From a virus (lineage: Duplodnaviria; Caudoviricetes), in IMG/VR virus record IMGVR_UViG_3300037044_000078, positions 1-25,514 of that record: DNA of 25,514 bases, one strand, 5' to 3'. The position numbers were made by a program, and so were the translations under genes. The notes beneath the pieces were generated by a model. The model had not been told where the DNA came from and made no database searches. It saw only the letters and a program-made list of their open reading frames with translations. Positions 8,552 through 16,380 of the stretch are shown here, in pieces (the first letter of the stretch is position 1; every line of letters starts with the position of its first letter).

Positions 8552-10117
8552 ATGGCCATTAAAATCAAAGTCAAACTCATTCTGGAACTTCGTGCATCAC
8601 TCATGTCAAGGAATTCGATTGCACAGTTGCGAGGCATGTCCAGAAACTCTGTCACTTCTGTCTTTCGTATTGCAGATCAAATGGGGATAACCTATTCTGA
8701 CGTCAAGGATAAAAGTCCTGATGAGGTCTATAGGATGTTCTTTCCTGACAAGTATGCTGTAGAATCGCTCTACCAAGCACCAGACTATGAGTATGTACAT
8801 TCAGAACTTAAGAAGGTGGGAGTCACACTTAAACTGCTTTGGAAGGAATACCAGGATAACTGTAACGTTACTGGCACAATGTCCATGGGGTACACAAAGT
8901 ATTGCAGAGGCTATCAGGAACATACAATATCTAACAAATTGACAAACCATCTCGAACACAGACCTGGAGTTAAGGTGGAGGTTGACTGGTCTGGGCCTAC
9001 CATGTCTTTTACCGACAAGCAAACCGGGGAGATTATCACTGTCTATCTCTTCGTGGGAACCTTGCCTTACAGTCAGTACTCATACGTTGAGCCATGTCTT
9101 GACATGAAGCAGAATACTTGGCTGAGATGCCATGTCCACATGTATGAATACTTCAGGGGTGTACCGATAAGGACCGTGAGCGATAACCTTAAAACCGCTG
9201 TTATTAAACACCCAAAAGAAGGAGATATCATACTAAATGATGAGTATGAGGCGTTGGCTCAGCATTATGTAACTGCAGTAATGCCTACAGGTGTGAATAA
9301 ACCTAGACAGAAATCTTCTGTCGAAGGAACTGTAGGTAAAATCGCAACAGCCATTATCGCAAGACTTAGAAATAGAAGGTTTGCATCCTTTAATGAATTG
9401 AAACTTGGAGTTAGCGATGCACTTGATGATTTCAATAAGGCTCCATTCCAGATTCGTGAAGGTAGCAGGATTGAGATCTTTGAAGGCGAAGAGCATCAGT
9501 ACTTACATTCATTACCAGAGATTCCATATGAGATAGCAGATTGGTTCTATCAGCGATCCATAGGCCTTGATTCCCACATTGTGTTGGCAAAGAATAGGTA
9601 TTCCTGTCCGCATCAATACATCGGAAAAAAAGTAGATGTCAGAGTATCCGAGAATTTATTGGAAATATACTATATGGACCAGAGAATAACTACACACAAG
9701 AAATTTCCAAGCTATATAACCAACAAGTATTCCACCCATGAGGAGGATATGCCCGACCATTTCAATAAACCAGAATGGGATGATACTAGAATTGTTAGTT
9801 GGGCTTATTCAGTAGGCAAAAATACTGGTAAAGTCATTGAAAAGATATTCTCCAGTGTAAAAATTAAAGAACAGGGATATAACCCATCCCTGTCCGTCTT
9901 ACGCCTCAGCAAAACCTATTCGGAGGCTCGTCTCGAAACCGCCTGCGAATTAGCCCTGACGAAAGTCAATGTGCCTCGGTACCATCATCTTAAAACAATC
10001 CTAGCATCCAATCAAGACCAAGTATTCTTAGGGAACAAGCGAAACCAAGCATTACACTCAACGGATGGTGAAGGTTATGTTCGCGGGGCTGAATACTACG
10101 GAGGTAAGATAAGATGA
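8552..10117 (+). CDS. istA: IS21 transposase IstA
   Basis: N-terminal HTH. DDE core 'EVDWSG...SDNLKTAV...PRQKSSVEGTV'. 'NRYSCP..YIGKKVDVR' beta-barrel. GGAGG RBS. Confidence 0.95.
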   Translation: MAIKIKVKLILELRASLMSRNSIAQLRGMSRNSVTSVFRIADQMGITYSDVKDKSPDEVYRMFFPDKYAVESLYQAPDYEYVHSELKKVGVTLKLLWKEYQDNCNVTGTMSMGYTKYCRGYQEHTISNKLTNHLEHRPGVKVEVDWSGPTMSFTDKQTGEIITVYLFVGTLPYSQYSYVEPCLDMKQNTWLRCHVHMYEYFRGVPIRTVSDNLKTAVIKHPKEGDIILNDEYEALAQHYVTAVMPTGVNKPRQKSSVEGTVGKIATAIIARLRNRRFASFNELKLGVSDALDDFNKAPFQIREGSRIEIFEGEEHQYLHSLPEIPYEIADWFYQRSIGLDSHIVLAKNRYSCPHQYIGKKVDVRVSENLLEIYYMDQRITTHKKFPSYITNKYSTHEEDMPDHFNKPEWDDTRIVSWAYSVGKNTGKVIEKIFSSVKIKEQGYNPSLSVLRLSKTYSEARLETACELALTKVNVPRYHHLKTILASNQDQVFLGNKRNQALHSTDGEGYVRGAEYYGGKIR

Positions 10118-10854
10118 TACACGATGAAACAAGACGCAAACTCAGAGCACTTAACTTAGATGAGCTGGTAGAGTATCTGGATATGCATATTACGGAATCA
10201 GATAAGCTTGAACTATCTTTCGATGAAAAACTCCAACTGATGGTTGAATATCTGTATCAAACAAAGTTTAACATTAAAACAGAGCATCTCATCAAATTGT
10301 CAAAATTTAGACTGCCACGGGCAGAGTTGAACGATATCCACTATGTACAACGAGGAATAGACAAACATAAGATGCTTGAACTCGGAACGTGTGAGTTTAT
10401 GGAGAAATACAAAAATATCGTATTTCAAGGCTTTACAGGATCTGGAAAAACATACCTAGCCTGCGCCATAGGAAAGCAGGCATGCAAACAGCAGTACCGA
10501 ACCCGGTATATCCGAATTCCAGATCTCCTCATGGAGTATGACGAATACAGACTAATACCTACTGGAACACAAAAACTCTTAAAGAAATACTCAGCATACC
10601 ATCTCCTGATTCTAGACGAATGGCTTCTTGAAGAGACGTCGAATGATGAGAGGTACTTCCTTTTTGAGCTTATAGAGCGCCGATACGGCGCTGCTTCCAC
10701 TATCTTCTGTACCCAGTTCCGGAAGGAGGATTGGCATGGAAGGTTAGGTGGAGGTACACAGGCTGATGCGATAATGGATCGAATTGTGCATGATGCCATC
10801 AATATTGATACAGGCACTCTCAATATGAGAGAATACTACTCCTCAAGGAGATGA
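10114..10854 (+). CDS. istB: IS21 helper AAA+ ATPase IstB
   Basis: Walker A GFTGSGKT, Walker B LLILDEW, 'ADAIMDRIVH'. ATGA overlap with istA. Confidence 0.95.
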   Translation: MIHDETRRKLRALNLDELVEYLDMHITESDKLELSFDEKLQLMVEYLYQTKFNIKTEHLIKLSKFRLPRAELNDIHYVQRGIDKHKMLELGTCEFMEKYKNIVFQGFTGSGKTYLACAIGKQACKQQYRTRYIRIPDLLMEYDEYRLIPTGTQKLLKKYSAYHLLILDEWLLEETSNDERYFLFELIERRYGAASTIFCTQFRKEDWHGRLGGGTQADAIMDRIVHDAINIDTGTLNMREYYSSRR

Positions 10855-10959
10855 TGCATTAATTCGGACTCTGGTTGAGTAATAGCGGACTTCAAAGAAG
10901 TATTACCGGTACGGGTCTTCGACCCTACCGGTATCCCTGACGAGAAATAATCAGTACAT

Positions 10960-12230
10960 CAAGCAGCAGTATAAATACACAGCTTTTATATGACGGATTG
11001 AGGGTTAAGGACGGAACGACTGAGCTTGCCTCTTTTGGTGGTGGTGGTGCTGTTGTGCCTAACCTACAAGCAACAACGATTCGTGGTGACGTGCTAAATA
11101 CCATGAGTGGCTATAAGGCGTTACACGTAGGTAGTGGGCAAACCTATTCAACCGTAACAGATGCACTTAATTCGCTGGGGAGCACTTCCAAAATACTGAC
11201 TGGTTATCAGGCTATTGACATCATAGTTCATGGAACTATCAATGATTTCATTGATATAAGTGGCTTTCAAGGGGATGGCTCTCTTGCACTGTTTCTTTAC
11301 AATGGTGCTGTAATTAATGGGTTTCTCTTGATTCGTAATAATAACTGCAGGGTGACGGTAGCCAGTAACGGTACAGGAAAGGGAACTATAAAACGTTCCG
11401 GCACTTGGAACGGTATGTATACTCCAGTCACCCTTCTCACCAATAAATTTGTAACTATTGAAAACATAAATATTGATGGAGACACAAACTACGCCTCTGG
11501 AATAGACATAAAAACTGGTGGCTATTCTTATATCAATGAGGTTGACATTGTTCGTACCACGCAGGGTATCTTTGCTATAGGTGGTGCAATGGTAACTGCC
11601 TACAACAATAAGGGGAATGTGGCCGATGTAGGCGTTTATTCGCTTTATGGTGCAGTAGTATTTTTATTGGGAACAATACCTAATGGTACAGGTCCTGACA
11701 CCTACACTTCAGTCGGAAGTATTTACTCTTATGGCACAATTACTCCTACCAATAGTTCATACAGCCCACCGGCAGCAACACCAACAGTCTTTACAAGTAC
11801 ATTTGTTCATACCAGTGTTTATACCGTAGTCCACGATACAACAACAGTGGATACCTACTATGGCGCTTCAGCCTGCCAGAATAGATGGGATTCCACCATG
11901 GGATGGAAAGATGGTGTGTTTACCTTTGGCTCGGATATCTACAATTATTGGCAAGGGGGATATAACGTCCTTATCGAAATGAGGCTCAGAAGGAAGAACA
12001 GTGCCCATGGATCATCGGGAGGTGTAGCACCAGCACCGTATAACTTTAGCCCTTCAGAGGCTTTCAACGCAGTCGGACGAGGAATTTGGACGGACTGGAC
12101 AACCGTTACTTCAAGCGTATTTGGCTCTGGTGGGGCAACACTCAAGTTCTATAACGGAGTACAGGGCTCGGCAGGCTACGCGATTTGGGATGCTGTGGAA
12201 GTCAAGGTGACGGTCACTAAGAATATATAG
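10960..12230 (+). pseudogene. 3' part of the interrupted Tal/receptor-binding protein (probable beta-helix, pectin-lyase-like domain)
   Basis: Removing the IS and one GTACAT joins ...DGINVGT|SSSSINTQLLYDGLRVKDG... in frame with ORF 10998-12230. 'LHVGSGQTYSTVTDALN' and G/N/I-rich repeats suggest a beta-helix. TTG 10998 has no good RBS. Confidence 0.85.
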
Positions 12231-12246
12231 GAAGGAGCGATATTTA

Positions 12247-12912
12247 ATGTTTTACTTTGATGATGGCACCTGGCGACCTGCCAAGAAAAAAGTAACCTAT
12301 TCATTAAGAAAAACCGAGTATGACAATGAAATCGAAAGATTCATAAATAATCCGGCCTTCACTGATGTTGTTGTGGAGGATAACCTTCTGAATAATGAAG
12401 AGCTTGCAAGGCTCGAAGCGGTGAAACATTCATATGGAGTTGGTCTGACAGAATTGATCCGGTTTGTGAAAGAGGGTATATTGCCACAACAAGTCTCTGA
12501 GGACTTTGTAGCCAAGGTTTCCGAAAGCGAAGAACGTGCAGTAATCCTGAGTGCTATTGATATAAATGCTATGCCTTTGGAAAACCTAATCAAGATGAAA
12601 AGCATCATTCGCGAGTTCGAGATTGGTGCTTTTTACAATGTGGGTGAAGTTATCTCATATAGTGACGAGGTCTATATAATACTTCAGGCTCATGTCTCCC
12701 AGACTGATTGGTTGCCTAGTGCAGTACCTGCATTATATAAGCATAAAGCATCGGAAGGAGTCATTCCAGATTGGATCCAACCTACAGGCAGCCATGATGC
12801 TTACAATACTGGAGATATGGTAACATTTGCTGAGCTTATATATGAATCACTGATTGATGGAAATGTGTGGAGTCCCGATGCATATCCGATAGGTTGGCAA
12901 AAAAAATTCTAA
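12247..12912 (+). CDS. Phage protein with two C-terminal CBM5/12 (chitin-binding type 3)-like modules
   Basis: 'YNVGEVISY...Y..LQAH.SQ.DW.P..VPALY' and 'W.QPTGSHDAYNTGD.VTF...YESLIDGNVWSP..YP.GW'. GGAG RBS. Confidence 0.75.
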   Translation: MFYFDDGTWRPAKKKVTYSLRKTEYDNEIERFINNPAFTDVVVEDNLLNNEELARLEAVKHSYGVGLTELIRFVKEGILPQQVSEDFVAKVSESEERAVILSAIDINAMPLENLIKMKSIIREFEIGAFYNVGEVISYSDEVYIILQAHVSQTDWLPSAVPALYKHKASEGVIPDWIQPTGSHDAYNTGDMVTFAELIYESLIDGNVWSPDAYPIGWQKKF

Positions 12913-12940
12913 AATAGCCCATTTACCCTCTTTTCAAATA

Positions 12941-12959
12941 AGAACGTATGTTCTATAAT
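12941..12959 (+). promoter_or_regulatory. Firmicute LexA (SOS/Cheo) box overlapping a -10 element
   Basis: AGAAC-GTAT-GTTCT (12941-12954) matches GAAC-RNRY-GTTC. TATAAT at 12954-12959. Confidence 0.8.
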
Positions 12960-12989
12960 GTGTTTACACAAGAAGAGGGAGTGGTAAAA

Positions 12990-13250
12990 ATGAAAAGTAA
13001 TTTACTTGAGGTCGAGACACTGGCATATAGCAAACCAGGAGAAGCACCCAGGCCAGTTACATTCAGGTTCATGATTAATGACGAATATATGAAAGGCTCA
13101 GTTAAGAAAATTAGAGATAAGAAGGAAGAAAAGCTTGCTGGTAATGTTATGTACACTTACCTCTGTGATGCTGTTGTAGAGGATAGAGCAACAACAGTTA
13201 AAATGAAGTATGAAAGAGATACTATGAAATGGTACATATTTAACCTGTAA
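12990..13250 (+). CDS. Small beta-rich hypothetical protein, probably SOS-induced
   Basis: GAGGGAG RBS before ATG 12990 (86 aa). The ORF-track start at 12948 lies inside the LexA box. Confidence 0.7.
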   Translation: MKSNLLEVETLAYSKPGEAPRPVTFRFMINDEYMKGSVKKIRDKKEEKLAGNVMYTYLCDAVVEDRATTVKMKYERDTMKWYIFNL

Positions 13251-13286
13251 CAAATAAATAGACTACATAACAAAGAGGAGGCTATT

Positions 13287-13868
13287 ATGGCATTTATCAA
13301 CAAGCGCACCTATGAAATTGCTCACAAAATAAACGAGATGTATGGAACAATACCAGACGATTTTTTCGAGGTAGATGAACTAATTGCACCTGCTATATCA
13401 CATCTGAATAAGAGGGGATATGATACAATTTCCAGTTGTAGTGGGCATGCATTTCCTGAACTTAGAGCATTTCGTCAAAGTAAAAACCAGACGTCAAGTA
13501 TGGTTCGTAGTAAGTCATTATCAAAAGGTACAAATCTAATTGATGGTATGCCATACGTAATGAGCATTGATACGTTTTACGTCTTGTTTAGAAAAGAATA
13601 TAACTTTTTTCCAGATCTTGATGGATATGACGGATTTGAGCTTAGAACTATTAGAACAATGAATGGGGATCATTCGTTGCTTAGTAAGAAATATTCAGCT
13701 CCAGATGGTACAATTGCAAAAATAAGAGAAATAAACAAGACAATGGAATTTATTGCACTATGGGCAAGTGAGGTTGATGATATTTCTAAATGTAGAGAAA
13801 CCGTATCAAGGGCAATCAAGATAAATGATCTACCACTATTTAAAAAGTCATCATTGAGGACTTTATGA
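13287..13868 (+). CDS. Hypothetical protein with a TYW3-like N-terminal motif
   Basis: GAGGAGG RBS. 'VDELIAPAISHLNKRGYDTISSCSGH' resembles the ID..I..LN...T.SSC.G motif. Confidence 0.6.
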   Translation: MAFINKRTYEIAHKINEMYGTIPDDFFEVDELIAPAISHLNKRGYDTISSCSGHAFPELRAFRQSKNQTSSMVRSKSLSKGTNLIDGMPYVMSIDTFYVLFRKEYNFFPDLDGYDGFELRTIRTMNGDHSLLSKKYSAPDGTIAKIREINKTMEFIALWASEVDDISKCRETVSRAIKINDLPLFKKSSLRTL

Positions 13869-13908
13869 TTTAGATAGGAAAAGTAAATACTTGAACTACC
13901 GATGAAAG

Positions 13909-13958
13909 CGTCTTGGAAACCCAAGGCGTTTTATTATGCGCAAAAACAAGGAGGAACA
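13909..13958 (+). repeat. Direct repeat copy 1 (terminator hairpin + holin-type RBS)
   Basis: CGTCTTGGAAACCCAAGGCGTTTTATTATGCGCAAAAACAAGGAGGAACA, 48/50 identical to 15913-15962. Contains hairpin CGTCTTGG-AAAC-CCAAGGCG followed by a T-tract. Confidence 0.9.
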
Positions 13959-14033
13959 GAAAGTGAAGGTAGTATGCAAAAGTTTTTCCTTTTAAAGGAT
14001 AGCATTATTAGGAAAAGCTTTTGCAATATTAGC

Positions 14034-14249
14034 TTACGAGAAAAAAATACCCATTGAAAAAAATAGAGCAATACCAGCCAATACAAGTACTGAAATCAAA
14101 ATTGGCATAGCTAACCTAAATAAAGCATAAAATAATACACCTGAAATTTTATCGCTACGCTTTCCCTTTTCAGCTGCATTTGCACCAGCAAACACTACGA
14201 TTATTACTATGATAGCTATTAATCCGACGAATCCAAAAGCGACTTCCAT
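14034..14249 (-). CDS. Small two-TM membrane protein
   Basis: GGAGG RBS on the minus strand before ATG 14249. Two hydrophobic stretches separated by a basic loop (EKGKRSDK). Possible TTGCAA...TATATT promoter at 14283-14310. Confidence 0.7.
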   Translation of the reverse strand: MEVAFGFVGLIAIIVIIVVFAGANAAEKGKRSDKISGVLFYALFRLAMPILISVLVLAGIALFFSMGIFFS

Positions 14250-14480
14250 CAATATCCTCCTAATATCATTATTTATAATTATAATATACTACATATCTTA
14301 ATAATTGCAAGTTTTAACATATATTTTTATGGCCATAACTGAATTGCAAATGAATTTAAGTGTAAAAATGATATTATAAAACAGTAGTTGACAAAATCAT
14401 AGATATTAAGACCGACGTATGGCTAAAAATTAAGGTGTGAATGTAGAATGAGTATATCAAGAAAGTCCAATAAGTTACCA

Positions 14481-14509
14481 TTGACAGAACAAAGGATATA
14501 TTATAAGTT
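14481..14509 (+). promoter_or_regulatory. Putative sigma-A promoter for the peptide-rSAM operon
   Basis: Consensus TTGACA (14481-14486) followed by an AT-rich -10 candidate (TATAAG 14502 / TAAGTT 14504). Confidence 0.45.
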
Positions 14510-14628
14510 TGAGTTAGTAATCAGTTTATAATTCTATAAAAGCATTTGTTGGAAATTACAGACTACATTGTTCGTATCTAAATTCGTCGATAATATTTTT
14601 ATAGATTAAGAATTGGGGGGGGAAAAAT

Positions 14629-14766
14629 ATGAGTAATTTATGCGAAGAATATTTCAGTCAGATAACAACAGTATCTACAGGTGATTATCCTGAATATGGT
14701 GAGTATAGTGAGTATTTAGATTACCACGACTATTCAGATGGACCTGAAACAGGGGATGATGATTAA
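14629..14766 (+). CDS. Putative RiPP precursor peptide, 45 aa, with a (Y-x-D/E)6 core
   Basis: Translated by hand: MSNLCEEYFSQITTVSTGDYPEYGEYSEYLDYHDYSDGPETGDDD*. G8 SD-like tract at 14615-14622. The 3' end overlaps the rSAM start. Below the ORF-track size cutoff. Confidence 0.8.
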   Translation: MSNLCEEYFSQITTVSTGDYPEYGEYSEYLDYHDYSDGPETGDDD

Positions 14767-15886
14767 TAGCGGCTTGAAAAAGGATATTTCTGTTATTATT
14801 AAAATAACGAACAATTGTAATATTGAGTGTATACATTGTTATAATGCTTCTAAGTCGAAAGAGGTAGCTTTTTTGTCTTTTGATAATATTGAAAAGCTAT
14901 TTATGTTTACGATTCCAAATTATGATAGTGTTGTATTTATTTGGCATGGAGGAGAGCCATTATTATTCGGTCGTGAGAATTTCGAAAAGGCATTATTTCT
15001 ACAAAGAAAATACAATATAAACAATTGTGTCATTAAAAATTTGATACAAACAAATGGGATATTGCTAGATGATACATATATTGATTTTTTGACTGAAAAT
15101 CATTTTAAAATTGGTATATCTTTTGATGGTGCTTTTAACGAAATTCTTAGAGAGCAGACCAGCGATGTTGAAAAAGCACTTGAGCTCATGGATAAAAAAG
15201 GCTTAAAATTCGGGGTACTATCAACATTGTGTAACCAAACTATAAGTCATCTATCAGAAATATACGATTACTTTAATGAAAGAGAGATTAATTGGTCTTT
15301 TGGAGCTGTTTTTAGTGCTGGGCGTGCTTTGGAATTTGATTTAGGAATCGATATTGAAAAATACTTATTTTTTTTAAATGAGTTGATTGTACATTATATT
15401 TTTGACTTGAATGGTAAAGTTCGAGTTAGAGCTCTTGATGAATACTTATACTTACTTTTTGGGAAAAACCGTAGAGGTTGTTCTCACAGCTCATGTCTTT
15501 TCAAGTGGATAAGTATAGATCCCGATGGGTCAATATATCCATGTGGTAGATATTATCCTACCTCTTACAGATTAGGAAACATCAATGAAGTTAGCAGTTT
15601 ACATGATGTTTTTGAGAGCAATGGCTATCAGAATTTATTAGCAGAATCGATAAATAGGCGGAAAGCCTGTATTGAGTTATGTGAACAATACAAGTATTGT
15701 CAAGGAGGGTGCAATAATCAATTTATTATTGATAATGGTACATCAGATTATTGTGTGATTTTCACACAATCGCTTTTATGTATAAAGTCAATCCTTGAAT
15801 CATTAACATCCAGTGATATAAATAAGATTAATCCTAAATTACGAAGTATGATTAATACATTTTTGATTGATAAGCAATCTATGTAA
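14738..15886 (+). CDS. Radical SAM/SPASM-domain enzyme (putative peptide maturase); true start may be ATG 14756/14759
   Basis: CNIECIHC (CX3CX2C), WHGGEP, QTNG, ISFDG. SPASM cysteines CSHSSC...DGSIYPC...CIELCEQYKYCQGGC...YC. No N-terminal RRE extension. Confidence 0.9.
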   Translation: MDLKQGMMINSGLKKDISVIIKITNNCNIECIHCYNASKSKEVAFLSFDNIEKLFMFTIPNYDSVVFIWHGGEPLLFGRENFEKALFLQRKYNINNCVIKNLIQTNGILLDDTYIDFLTENHFKIGISFDGAFNEILREQTSDVEKALELMDKKGLKFGVLSTLCNQTISHLSEIYDYFNEREINWSFGAVFSAGRALEFDLGIDIEKYLFFLNELIVHYIFDLNGKVRVRALDEYLYLLFGKNRRGCSHSSCLFKWISIDPDGSIYPCGRYYPTSYRLGNINEVSSLHDVFESNGYQNLLAESINRRKACIELCEQYKYCQGGCNNQFIIDNGTSDYCVIFTQSLLCIKSILESLTSSDINKINPKLRSMINTFLIDKQSM

Positions 15887-15912
15887 ATCAAAAAATATAG
15901 AGATAATCTCAA

Positions 15913-15962
15913 CGTCTTGGAAAACCAAGGCGTTTTATTATGCGCAAAAATAAGGAGGAACA
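15913..15962 (+). repeat. Direct repeat copy 2 (terminator of the rSAM operon + holin RBS)
   Basis: CGTCTTGGAAAACCAAGGCGTTTTATTATGCGCAAAAATAAGGAGGAACA. Confidence 0.9.
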
Positions 15963-15966
15963 ATTA

Positions 15967-16380
15967 ATGAAAGAAGTGTGGAATAGCATACAGTATGCCT
16001 TTGCGGCAATAGGAGGGTGGTTGGGATGGTTTATGGGGGGATTTGATGGATTTCTTTATGCATTAGTAGTTGTAGTAGCGATTGACTACGTTACTGGAGT
16101 AATGTGCGCAATCCTTGATCGTAAGATTTCTAGTGACATTGGGGGAAAGGGAATATTCAGAAAGGTAGTCATTTTTTCACTTGTGGCACTTGGAAACATC
16201 ATAGATATCAATATTCTGGGGCAGGTTGGAGTAATACGGACTGCAGTGATTTTCTTTTATATTTCCAACGAAGGAATAAGCATTCTGGAGAATGCAACAA
16301 GACTAGGTCTGCCTATTCCTGAGAAGCTAAGATCAGTTCTGCAGCAGCTAAACGAAGGAGGAGACAAAGATGGGAACTAA
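15967..16380 (+). CDS. Phage holin (toxin secretion/phage lysis holin family)
   Basis: AAGGAGG RBS, ATG 15967. 'GWFMGGFDGFLYAL...IDYVTG...ISS.IG.KGI.RK...FYISNEGISILENA..LGLPIP..L' family signature. Confidence 0.9.
   Translation: MKEVWNSIQYAFAAIGGWLGWFMGGFDGFLYALVVVVAIDYVTGVMCAILDRKISSDIGGKGIFRKVVIFSLVALGNIIDINILGQVGVIRTAVIFFYISNEGISILENATRLGLPIPEKLRSVLQQLNEGGDKDGN

Larger units (their letters stand above)
8374..10953 (+). mobile_element. IS21-family insertion sequence (2580 bp) with 6-bp target-site duplication GTACAT
   Basis: IRL TGATTATTACGCGTTTTCGATACC versus IRR (reverse complement) TGATTATTTCTCGTCAGGGATACC, with TG...CA ends. GTACAT at 8368-8373 and 10954-10959. Subterminal ATACT..N..AGTCCG-type repeats at both ends. 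istA-istB inside. Confidence 0.95.

Noticed and set aside
10998-12230. Independent 410-aa gene
   Set aside because: No RBS before the TTG, and the frame joins the upstream Tal ORF exactly once the IS is removed.
11700-13900. Diversity-generating retroelement or invertible tail-fibre cassette
   Set aside because: No reverse transcriptase, and no template/variable repeat pair or inverted alternative C-termini seen by eye.
13963-13995. Short ORF MKVVCKSFSF after repeat copy 1
   Set aside because: Best explained as a decayed duplicate of the holin start rather than a functional gene.
14686-14739. 9-bp periodic DNA as a CRISPR or minisatellite
   Set aside because: Units diverge at synonymous and middle-codon positions, so the periodicity is explained by the YxD/E peptide. 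No spacers or cas genes.
14738-15886. Annotation as anaerobic sulfatase maturase
   Set aside because: The motifs are shared across SPASM enzymes. No sulfatase is nearby, whereas a patterned peptide ORF overlaps the start.
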